From positions 1 to 31,054 of IMG/VR virus record IMGVR_UViG_3300029171_000033: DNA of 31,054 bases; one strand, written 5' to 3'. Position numbers and translations under genes: made by a program. The notes under the pieces were generated by a model. The model was given only the letters and a program-made list of their open reading frames with translations, was not told the origin of the DNA and ran no database searches. Shown here in pieces: positions 16,013-25,400 of the stretch (position 1 is the stretch's first letter; the number at the start of each line of letters is the position of its first letter). The DNA comes from a virus. Lineage: Duplodnaviria > Caudoviricetes.

Positions 16013-17008
16013 TTAAGCCCCGTATTCCACTGCATCACCAAAGATATCCCAAAGATTCAAACCAACCTTTATCAAGGTGATTGTTGACCCCGGACCCCGT
16101 GTTGCATTCAAAATAGAACTCAACGTGACCCCGGATGCCGGGGTCACTACGATTTGACCGGCCCCAGCTTGGCGGATGACCATTGAGGAACCGATTGGAA
16201 ACGGAACATCTCCGTTGGCAGGAATGTTTAGCGTATACGGGGCTGAAACTGAAATTCGAATGTAGTTTGAACGATCAGCCAGTGCGAGGGTCTTGGGTGT
16301 TGAGGTCGTAATCGATTGGACGGAAACAATGCGGTCATCAACCCATTCGACGCCAGTTTCAGCGGAATTTACGCGCAGAGATTTTCCAGAATTACTTGCA
16401 ACTGGTGGGATGGTTGAAACAAGATCGACCAATACAAATTCATCATCTTCAACGGTAAGGAATTTACCGTTTTGCCCAAGTGTTGTGGGCAAACCAGTGC
16501 TGAAGAAATCCCAAATAGGATTGCCAAGGCTGTTGACCTGCAAAACTTTACCTGCGTCTTCCACCTCGGGATCAGGAACCGGACCACTAAGCGCGGTTGG
16601 TGTTGCCCATTCAAGGGCGGTTCCGTCAGAATTCACACGCAAGACCCGTAAAGAATCAATTGCGGTAAAAACCGGGATTTCAACAATCGCCCATTCGCCA
16701 CCAACATATGTGGTTACAGAATTGGTTGTTTTGTTGAAAGCACGAAAGCCCTCAGATGGGGCAATAGTCACCCATGCCCCATTTGATCGAGCGTAAATAT
16801 GATTGCTGTTTGAACCATCAGTCACGATATAAATCATACCGTTCGTTGGTGATGCCGGGAGTTCTGAAAGAATAACAACATCTTCAACAGTAAGTTGTGT
16901 CAAAATTGAAAGTTTTGACAGGTTGGAATTCATAGGAGAACCCCAACCATTTTCACCTGTGGCCCACCCTGCGGTGAGACCAATACCCGGAAGCGTATAA
17001 GTTGGCAT
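16013..17008 (-). CDS. Tail fibre adaptor (DUF2793-like N-domain, shaft repeats, C-terminal docking domain)
   Basis: GW..GE.GW..PMN.NL...PASP..G..YIV...W....P.EG; four K/R-x-L-x-V(N) repeats; ends W.IFGD. Confidence 0.8.
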   Translation of the reverse strand: MPTYTLPGIGLTAGWATGENGWGSPMNSNLSKLSILTQLTVEDVVILSELPASPTNGMIYIVTDGSNSNHIYARSNGAWVTIAPSEGFRAFNKTTNSVTTYVGGEWAIVEIPVFTAIDSLRVLRVNSDGTALEWATPTALSGPVPDPEVEDAGKVLQVNSLGNPIWDFFSTGLPTTLGQNGKFLTVEDDEFVLVDLVSTIPPVASNSGKSLRVNSAETGVEWVDDRIVSVQSITTSTPKTLALADRSNYIRISVSAPYTLNIPANGDVPFPIGSSMVIRQAGAGQIVVTPASGVTLSSILNATRGPGSTITLIKVGLNLWDIFGDAVEYGA

Positions 17009-17020
17009 TTGATTTTCCCC

Positions 17021-19933
17021 TTAACCCCAGACGTTAGACCAGCCTTCGGACCAGCCCGTAGCGTTGATCCGCACGAGGCGGCGCGCACCCATCAGACTCC
17101 GCATCCCATCACGTTCAGCGTAGAAACACACATAGCCCATGCCCCCACCACCATCGAATGCTGAAGCTGGGATAACATGACTACTACCAGTCAAACCATC
17201 ATATTCAACCAAGGTATTGCCGAAAACATCGGTCACAACCAAGGTGGTGGTCTGCCCATCCTCGGGCGTCTGGTTCGGAGCGTTCCATAGAGCCATTGCC
17301 GCTTCATCGGACAGCCGGTTTCGGTTTGCCCATGTGGCCACCACCTCAGTTGGGAATGGTGCCTCGTTATATTCAGTAACCCCAAAACCGTTGCCGTCGA
17401 TTTGGCAGTTTGCAGGTCTAAACGGCAAATGGGGTCTGGCCGTGATATCAAATTCGAAGGGTGTGGAACGATTGATATCGAGGCGACCAAACGCGGTTCT
17501 TGGCAGCATACGATATGTCACCCGCACCGATGGATAATACATAGTTCGATCCATTTCGCTTGTCGCGTTCGGAACAACCCAAATCGGCGTGCCGATTGGC
17601 CATTCTCGCGGAATTGTATCCCAAATTCCGCGACGAATTTCCCACTCTTGGGTTGCTCGCGTGAAAGATTCAAGCAATACGAATTCGCAGTCATTATCGA
17701 AAGAGCCGAACATCAGTATCGTTCCGGGGAATATCAGGCCGTTACCCATTTCGTCAATAATGTTTCGCGGGATTGATGTTTCAATCTCAAGCGGTAAAAT
17801 CATCGGACTAAGAACGCACGGAACTGGTGGAATTCGTGCGACATTGGCAAACGATGTTCGATCACCACTGATTACGAATTCTTGACTTGACCGAATAACA
17901 ATATCCGAATGTTTATTTTCGAGGTCTGCCGCGAGGGGCGAGATTACCGATCCGGGGTTGTAATCTTCAATCTGTTCATAGGTTGCCCCCATGCGAACTA
18001 GAATTGGATACGGTGTGGTGATCGCCCCGAAGACTGTAACCGGCGACGGCATTGGATTACTTTCATCCAAAAGTGCAGCCTGATCGTCTTCGTATTCAGT
18101 GTTATCGACTGAATATACGTCTTCCGTTGCGGAAACCATAATGCGACGATCACCGGGGCGACCGGGGGAAACCGACATGATACGAATAACCATATCCGCA
18201 ATTCCGTCTTCGGGGTATTGCAACCTGAAGACTTGACCGGGACGAATGGTCCAGAAGCGTCGGGACAAACTCAGCGTTCCCGTCCACAAAGGATAACCCT
18301 TCTCCCGCAATTCACGTTTTGCAATATTTTTGGCAAGGCGAGCATTTCGAACACCGTAAAAGTTAAGACTCTCACTCGAAATACCAGACTGAATTGCGAG
18401 GGTGGATTGCATGGTTTCGCTAACCGAAACCTCTTCCTCGGTATCTGGATCGGTGTATGTCACAACCATCTCAGAAACCATTTCGCCCCACAAGGGGGTG
18501 CGACTATCAACCAAAACACAATCTTCTGCGGTAATGATTTCCAAATCATCGAATTCGTAATCTTCGCGCAGCAGTTTCAGAGTCCATTTCGCAGTAATAG
18601 GATCGCGATACTCAACCGCCTTAATGTGGTTAAGAATCTCTTGAGTCATTGCCTCACAATCAGTTTGTGATACCCAAGCCATTGACAACCCGAAGCGTTC
18701 GTTGAACAGCATTTCAGATGCGTATTGATATGAATCAATATCAATCATATCAGGGCTTTCACCGTTACCCCAATCTTCATTGATTTTCAATTCGTATAGC
18801 ATATTCGCAGGGTTTGCGTCGGGAAGTGTCGGAGAACCTTCCCGAAGACAGTGGCCATATTCTGCCGTTTTCCACCGCAATTTGGATTCCATAACCGATG
18901 CGGAATCTGCCTCAGTGTAACCCCAAAGCAACCCATAACTCACAACACGCATGAATCGCGCACCGGGCGGAACCGCAACGGTTACGCTATCTCGGGCAGC
19001 ACTGGTGAACATTCCAGAACCGGGCCGGGGAGTATTGGAATTCTGTGACCAAATCACTGGCCGCAGATTTCCAGTTTCAGGGTCAGTCTCCCCGTAATAC
19101 CAGTAACCAACAATGTGACTTGAAACCACCGCAGGTTGACGGCGATAAATTGCCCTACCAGAAACAGTAATTCTTATCGTATATGTCGCTAATCCAAGAT
19201 CAATCTCAGCCTCAGAAGGTCGGTGTGTGTCCGAGGATATGGGGTTACCGCTTTCATCAACTGCGATAAGTTGGTTTTCATACGCGGATTCGTTGTAACC
19301 ACTATCTGTATTGCTGAAACAGTATTGATTGTTTGCTTTGGATATTCTGACAAAACCCGAAGTCACATCAGGGCGCGGGTTCGGGAAGCCGAACGAGGGT
19401 TGACCGACTGACAACGCCGCCTCATTTTCTTCATCCGTTACGCTCACCGCAACTGTCCAACCAATGTCGTTTGTTGGACCGTCAGTTCCGAGGGGCCACA
19501 CCACGGCATACTGGCTATTCAGTTGCCTTGGAATTCGTGTCAAATTTACTTCAGCCGGTGGGATATATGGGTTATTCGTAATCCATTTGAAACCTGCACC
19601 ATTCGACCCCCGGAAGAAGAGTGACGCGATGCCCCGATACGCGGGGGCTTCACCAACGGTCATGTCAAAACGTGCAGCCAATTCTTGCGAGGCGAGTTGT
19701 GTATAATCCCCGGAATAGCATTCGACAACCCCGCGAACACCACCCTCTTTGGTATCACCACCAAATATGTCTGGAAGATCGAGGCAAACGTCTTGGCGAC
19801 CAGTGACCAAACCACACCACGCCATCTTGTCTTTGATCTTCACCCAATTGATTGCGTCAATTGGACCATGGCAAATCCCATAATGGATCGACAACTGATA
19901 GTCATAGACCTTAACACCAGAAGACTTGCTCAT
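17021..19933 (-). CDS. Tail tip hub / central tail protein (J-like, Phage-tail_3 type)
   Basis: Y....HYGICHGPIDAI, FGG..KEGGV.G, PAYRG, DANPA...YE, WIRRG-like WEIRRG.WDT.P, RP..P.RP. Confidence 0.88.
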   Translation of the reverse strand: MSKSSGVKVYDYQLSIHYGICHGPIDAINWVKIKDKMAWCGLVTGRQDVCLDLPDIFGGDTKEGGVRGVVECYSGDYTQLASQELAARFDMTVGEAPAYRGIASLFFRGSNGAGFKWITNNPYIPPAEVNLTRIPRQLNSQYAVVWPLGTDGPTNDIGWTVAVSVTDEENEAALSVGQPSFGFPNPRPDVTSGFVRISKANNQYCFSNTDSGYNESAYENQLIAVDESGNPISSDTHRPSEAEIDLGLATYTIRITVSGRAIYRRQPAVVSSHIVGYWYYGETDPETGNLRPVIWSQNSNTPRPGSGMFTSAARDSVTVAVPPGARFMRVVSYGLLWGYTEADSASVMESKLRWKTAEYGHCLREGSPTLPDANPANMLYELKINEDWGNGESPDMIDIDSYQYASEMLFNERFGLSMAWVSQTDCEAMTQEILNHIKAVEYRDPITAKWTLKLLREDYEFDDLEIITAEDCVLVDSRTPLWGEMVSEMVVTYTDPDTEEEVSVSETMQSTLAIQSGISSESLNFYGVRNARLAKNIAKRELREKGYPLWTGTLSLSRRFWTIRPGQVFRLQYPEDGIADMVIRIMSVSPGRPGDRRIMVSATEDVYSVDNTEYEDDQAALLDESNPMPSPVTVFGAITTPYPILVRMGATYEQIEDYNPGSVISPLAADLENKHSDIVIRSSQEFVISGDRTSFANVARIPPVPCVLSPMILPLEIETSIPRNIIDEMGNGLIFPGTILMFGSFDNDCEFVLLESFTRATQEWEIRRGIWDTIPREWPIGTPIWVVPNATSEMDRTMYYPSVRVTYRMLPRTAFGRLDINRSTPFEFDITARPHLPFRPANCQIDGNGFGVTEYNEAPFPTEVVATWANRNRLSDEAAMALWNAPNQTPEDGQTTTLVVTDVFGNTLVEYDGLTGSSHVIPASAFDGGGGMGYVCFYAERDGMRSLMGARRLVRINATGWSEGWSNVWG

Positions 19934-20136
19934 TCTTGTTTTTCCTTAACCATCTGTATCAATTTCTGAATTGTCATGTCGTCAACATGCTCTAATTCAG
20001 AAATAGGTATTCCATTTTTTCTGAATTCGATAAAGCGTTGCTTATCGATACCATGAAGTTCTGCAATACGCTTCGCCCCCCGAACGCAGAGACCCATAGC
20101 GGCCAAATGCTCGTAGCGGATGCGCAAATCGCTCAC
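19930..20136 (-). CDS. Small tail-tip assembly protein
   Basis: C.RGA......HGID...F...GI pattern at its usual position before the hub gene. Confidence 0.75.
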   Translation of the reverse strand: MSDLRIRYEHLAAMGLCVRGAKRIAELHGIDKQRFIEFRKNGIPISELEHVDDMTIQKLIQMVKEKQE

Positions 20137-20378
20137 TTCTTACCCCCTGTGTCTGCGTCTCGATGCACAGACAGCTTATCCCAATATCCGAGGTTGTTAA
20201 GCCCCTTGATCGTCATAGTGCCCCATACCACCGGGATTGGCCGCCCAGCTTCAGCGGTGGGTGCGTCCAAATCCTTGGTTGATGGTGGTTGTTCGGTTTT
20301 GGGCTTCGGGGCAATCAAATAACCCAAAAACTGCAAAATCAAACCGACAGCAAGTTGTGCGAGGAATGGGAATGCCAT
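20133..20378 (-). CDS. Small tail-tip assembly protein
   Basis: Hydrophobic N-terminus, then PKPK...PTAE.GRPIPVVWGT. Confidence 0.8.
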   Translation of the reverse strand: MAFPFLAQLAVGLILQFLGYLIAPKPKTEQPPSTKDLDAPTAEAGRPIPVVWGTMTIKGLNNLGYWDKLSVHRDADTGGKK

Positions 20379-20387
20379 GGATTCACC

Positions 20388-21242
20388 TCAATCGTGATTG
20401 TTTTTGCCAACGGGGTTGGTTTTGGGTATCCACGGGAACCCGCCGAAATTCGGCCCGTTTGAATGAACACTATTGCAAATCGAAATCGAACGGTTACAGC
20501 CAAGGCTAATCCGAACTTCACCACCAACAGCCAGCCCGCGTATTGGACCCGATAGAGTCAACACGTTGCCAGAAACCCGCAAGATCGTTCGGTATTCCGG
20601 CCCCATCAGACCATCCCATTCAACAATCCCACCAGAATAATAACGGGGTTCCGCACCCTCGCGCATCCAACCGCCCGACACAGTTAAACGCGAGTTGGAC
20701 ATTGCAACAGCAGTCGCTGATGTTGTGGCAGCGGATTTCGACGCCCGACAGCGCGGACCATAAAGCACATGCTGACAGGATCGTTGATAGTTTCGACGTA
20801 GACCGGGCCGCTTCATGCTGTTGCCCTGAAGGGTGCATTGCAGTTTGCGAATTTGACCTTCCGCCGAACTTTCGGTCACCTTTCCAATAAAAGCGATTGC
20901 ATAAGCGCCCGTCTGCCAAGACGGCGGATCATCCGGGTTTTCGAAATGGGCTTCCCATATTTTCAATTTGACTTCGAAAGGTGGTGGATATGCTGAAAAC
21001 AACTGACCGATAACTGTGTTTTTTGGAATGGAAATCGATATGTTCTGCGATTCTGCACGACCGCTGATCTTCAGTTCGTCACGTTCAATTGGAATTGCTG
21101 TGAAGACTGATCCATCAAAGTTTTTGTCGCTATCCGCGTTGGTATAGCGAGCAAATGAGGTTGAAAATGTTCCATATTGAAATTCATAAAGTTCATATGG
21201 GCGACCTCTGTTTTTTGAAGTTTCGTAATCAATAAACATCAT
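20388..21242 (-). CDS. Tail tip protein, DUF2163/BR0599 family (gpL-like Cys cluster)
   Basis: C.H.LYG..C and GC.RS...C...N..NFGGFPWIP. Confidence 0.88.
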   Translation of the reverse strand: MMFIDYETSKNRGRPYELYEFQYGTFSTSFARYTNADSDKNFDGSVFTAIPIERDELKISGRAESQNISISIPKNTVIGQLFSAYPPPFEVKLKIWEAHFENPDDPPSWQTGAYAIAFIGKVTESSAEGQIRKLQCTLQGNSMKRPGLRRNYQRSCQHVLYGPRCRASKSAATTSATAVAMSNSRLTVSGGWMREGAEPRYYSGGIVEWDGLMGPEYRTILRVSGNVLTLSGPIRGLAVGGEVRISLGCNRSISICNSVHSNGPNFGGFPWIPKTNPVGKNNHD

Positions 21243-22429
21243 TCGACCTCACTGATAGGCAATGCTCGCATTACCAGTTTTGTTTTTGCCACGTCCTTGG
21301 TCATAAACTCGAATTGAAAACTATCGCTAAACGACCGCCGAAGAAGCAACCAATACACGCGAGTTGTATTCATGTCAAACTTTGACCCGACCGAGGATGC
21401 GAGGGTAAGCGCTGTGCTTCCAACGCCAATGTTGAAAGCATTTACCCGGCGAATTGTAAAGGTTTCATCTGCGAACACGAATAGCAAGTAACGGTGCATA
21501 CCTGAATCGCGCTGTGCGCTGTGATGATCCCCATCAATGCTGAGTGTCGCGGTTGTGCGCGCAGAGTTGGTAAGCGGTATGATTTCACGTTCATACGCAG
21601 GATACCAGAATGGATTTCTGCGACCCATCATTCGGGATACCATTCCAAACATGTCATGTGTGGCTTCAGCATCCATACCATAAATATCGATACGGGTAGT
21701 GGTTTCTGCCAAAGCGTTATTTTCCACTCGGATTTTTCTTCCGAAATCAAAATCGATTTCTTCCATCGCCCGCGAGAACGTGAGTTCCATGCCATCCAAC
21801 CAGTTCGGACGCTTAAACATCACCTCTCTGGACAGATAGCTTGATTGTGCTGTTCCGCTTTCATGGTCAAGCTGATCCCCAAAAACATCGAAGCTGATCT
21901 TCCCCGAGGTGACATTTGAGGTCGGCAGGTTCACCTTCGTTCGATTTGAAATGAAACCCTTAACCGCACGGTAAATTTTAGGATTTATCATCTGAACCGG
22001 GATGGGTGAATTCAGTGTCACAATCCCACCAGATATGTTTACAATTCGACGCAAATATAAATAGTTAACGAATTCAACAATCACCCAATCATTGACCTTC
22101 AGCCATTGCGTTTCTGCCAATGGAAAAGTGGTGCCCGCAGCAAGGATCGTGCCCGAAGAAACAGACTGCGACCATGGCAAACCAATCCACCATTCCGCGT
22201 TCGGCTTTGACAGCAGATCAGCCCTAAACTGCCTAGCTAACGCATCCGCAGCAACGAAAGAAAACTCAAGAGTGGCGCGGGGTCGATCCCGAACCGCCTC
22301 CCGTTCCTCATTGCCTGCGCGGAAAGTTCGAATATCCGTCAAATATTCGAACTCAAATGTGACCCCGCCATTCCAATTTGGCGTAACTGGAATGATATTT
22401 TCGTCTCTGATTTTGGCGTGACTAATCAT
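21239..22429 (-). CDS. Virion structural protein after the tape measure (distal-tail-like)
   Basis: PNW..GV...EYLTD......E.R...R..PR; second PNW; GR..PFW.P; position. Confidence 0.75.
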   Translation of the reverse strand: MISHAKIRDENIIPVTPNWNGGVTFEFEYLTDIRTFRAGNEEREAVRDRPRATLEFSFVAADALARQFRADLLSKPNAEWWIGLPWSQSVSSGTILAAGTTFPLAETQWLKVNDWVIVEFVNYLYLRRIVNISGGIVTLNSPIPVQMINPKIYRAVKGFISNRTKVNLPTSNVTSGKISFDVFGDQLDHESGTAQSSYLSREVMFKRPNWLDGMELTFSRAMEEIDFDFGRKIRVENNALAETTTRIDIYGMDAEATHDMFGMVSRMMGRRNPFWYPAYEREIIPLTNSARTTATLSIDGDHHSAQRDSGMHRYLLFVFADETFTIRRVNAFNIGVGSTALTLASSVGSKFDMNTTRVYWLLLRRSFSDSFQFEFMTKDVAKTKLVMRALPISEVE

Positions 22430-25400
22430 GAAAGAGCCTGTTTGATTTGGGGGGCAATCAGTTTGATTTGGTTTACAAACATGCGCTTACCACTATCGGT
22501 TTTAAGTGCGGCCTCAAGCAACTGTTCTGCATCAATCGCGTTAATAATGGTCATGCCACCATCCGCCGAACCCGATTGTGACTTTTCACCGCCACTTGTA
22601 TTCCAAGCATGGCGAGGGTCAGAGGTCGGAATAACCTCTTCATCTGCCTCAATGATCGCAGCCATTTCACCTTGCCGCAAACCCGGCAACTTGCCGGAAT
22701 GGAAGCGTTGAGCATTGTTGAATACAGCCGGATCAACGCGGCGCGACATATTGCCAACCCGCTGGCCGGGGCCTTTCCCTGAGTGGAAAACACCACCAGT
22801 TATTGCAGAAAGACCCTTCATAATCATACCACCAAAACCACCGGAACCACCACTGCCCTGTAGCGCGTTCAACAGTGCTTGCTGGACGATCATTTTACCG
22901 ATTTCAATCAGGAAATCCGAGGCGAAGGACAAGAAGGCATCCCTGAACGATTCCCATGCGTTTTCACCATTAGCAATTGCTTTTGCCATTTCGCTGAAAG
23001 CATCGCTGAGTCCAGACGCCCACTTCTGGTTAATTTGTTCAGCAGTCAACAGGGCTTCTTTGCCCGTCTCCCTAAGTTGCAGTCGAGTCGCCTCAAGTTG
23101 AGCGATTGCGCCCGCAGCTTCAGGACCACCCGTTGCTTTCCAAAATGCGATGAAATTATCAATTGCCGTTTCAAGCTGGGTGTTGATTCCAGTCAGTTGC
23201 CCATTGATTTCTTCGACTTTATCGGTATTGCCCTTTCCCTGATGGAACTCGCGCTGTTCGATAAGAGCATTTCTTTCAGTTTCAAGCTGATTTATACGCT
23301 CTTGATGTTCTTTGATCTTCTCTTGTCGCTGTTCATCCTGCGTCTTTTGATTCTGCATATCATACAGAACGCCGTATTGCTCACGAAGATTCGCCAGTTC
23401 TTCCGCGCTAATTTCACCGTGCTTTTTGCGGAACTGATTGATCCGCTCAACGATAAACGCTTCGCGCTCTTGCTCGTTTGCGCGGAGTCGCGCAACGTCA
23501 AGACTCTGATCCAACGATTCGTATTCGTCAGCCCGAGACTCAGCCGCTTTTCGCGCCTCCTTTTCTGCAATCTTTGCGCGCTCTTCAATGGCGTCCTGAT
23601 AGGGTTCCGAGGATGCGGCCCCACCACGTTCAAAGATAGCAGCCTCTTCACCTCGCCGCGCGTTGTTTACACTTCCGGGCCGAATTTCACCACGAATTGC
23701 TGCCGCGATTTCAGATGCAGTTCCGGTTTTGACAACATTCATGATACGATCAGGGATCGTTCCATAATTATGTGCGAGGCTCAGAAGCACCTCGCGCTGT
23801 TCATCACCAAAGGAGTCCCAACGCTGTTGACCAATTTTACCGACAATATCTGACATGTAGGTGTTGATGCGGCGCATCAAATCCGCCTCAGCGTCGGCCC
23901 TATCGATGGTTTCATTTTGCTGAACTCTGCGAACAGCGCCCGTGTTCGCATCGGTTACGGTATCTGACCCGTAACCGACTCGCCATGCGCTGAAACCACC
24001 TGTTTCTTTTTGGTCGGCATATGCTTTTCCGCGATAATCCTCATATGCCCGGATCATCCAACCGAGGCCACTTTCGGCCCATTTTCCGAAACGCTCGCTA
24101 TCCTTCAAATCATCAGGGACGCGGCTTCCGTATTCGCCACCGATTACATTTTTGAAAACACCGCCGAGGCCGGGGATATTGTTCATCCACGACAACGCCT
24201 GTGAAAGCGCGTCAATGGAGCCATCATCTGCAAGTGCCTTGAAGGCCGCTGCGATTTCTGGAACTTTATTTTTCAAAGCATCCAAGGCAGTCAGCATTTC
24301 GCGAATGCTCACCTCACCACCGTCAAAAGGTGATTTTATCACCTTATCCAGATCAGTGAATCCCTCTTCAAATGCGCCAGCTTCTTCCAGCGCCTTTTCC
24401 AGAGGTAGGATCAGTTGGGTTTCAACCTGATCCTTGAAGTTTTCGAGTTGATCGGACGTTCCGTTTACACCGTCTGCGGCCTCTTCAATTGTCATGCTGA
24501 AGCGGCTGGTGATACTGTCAGCATCAGCCATATTGAAACCGAGACGTTGTAAAACGTCAGAAATTACGCTTACATTTTCACCAGTGTCAACAACCGTTTG
24601 AAGTGCGCGTTCAATGTTCGCCAACTTGGTTCTAGCGTCACCATCTGGGATCATTTGGCTGAACGTGCGAAGACTCGAAATCAACTCCATGATTTCATCG
24701 CGACTTGCGGCGTTAAGATCATACATGACCTTCTGCCAGTCTTTTTGCAGCTTAGTTGCTACATCATCCGGCACACCAAATTGTTGGGCAAGGTCACGGG
24801 CAGTCGATACGACCACGTTTGAACCACGCGCAGAACCTTCATTGAATGAATGCCAAAGTTCTGACCAAAAGCCATCAGCCATATCAGAACCACCGCGAAT
24901 TTTATCCAATTCTGCGATTGCATTTTCAAAAGCCGAAACGTCAACATCGTATTGTTCTCGCAATTCCAAAGTGTCGCGAGAATTAAGAGCCTGAACCCAA
25001 TCGTAAGTCTTACCTTTCGCGTCTTCATATTGCTGAAGAATTCGATCCATAATCCTTTCATGTTGTGCCTGTGCCTGAACGATTTGATCGACACCATCAG
25101 ACCATGACGAAAACAGACCAATTACCTGTGAGCCGATAATAAGCGCTGCGGTCAAAGGGCCGAGGGTGAGCAGTGCCACGCCCAGCCCCCGAGCGGCCAC
25201 ACCAGCGGCCCCCATGGCTGTAGCGGACGACCAAAGGGCAGTATTGAACAACATGAAGGCCGAAGGGGCGCGGGCAAGTGTGAGCAAGGTTGACCCCAGC
25301 GCAAGACCAAGGGGTGCAAGTGCAAGCATCCAGCGTTGGAACACTGCGGCAATGCCGATGGTCATAACCAACTTCAAGACCTTAACGATAGATTCAAAGT

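Noticed and set aside
10371-19933. Diversity-generating retroelement or invertible fibre cassette
   Set aside because: No reverse transcriptase, invertase or template/variable repeat pair seen
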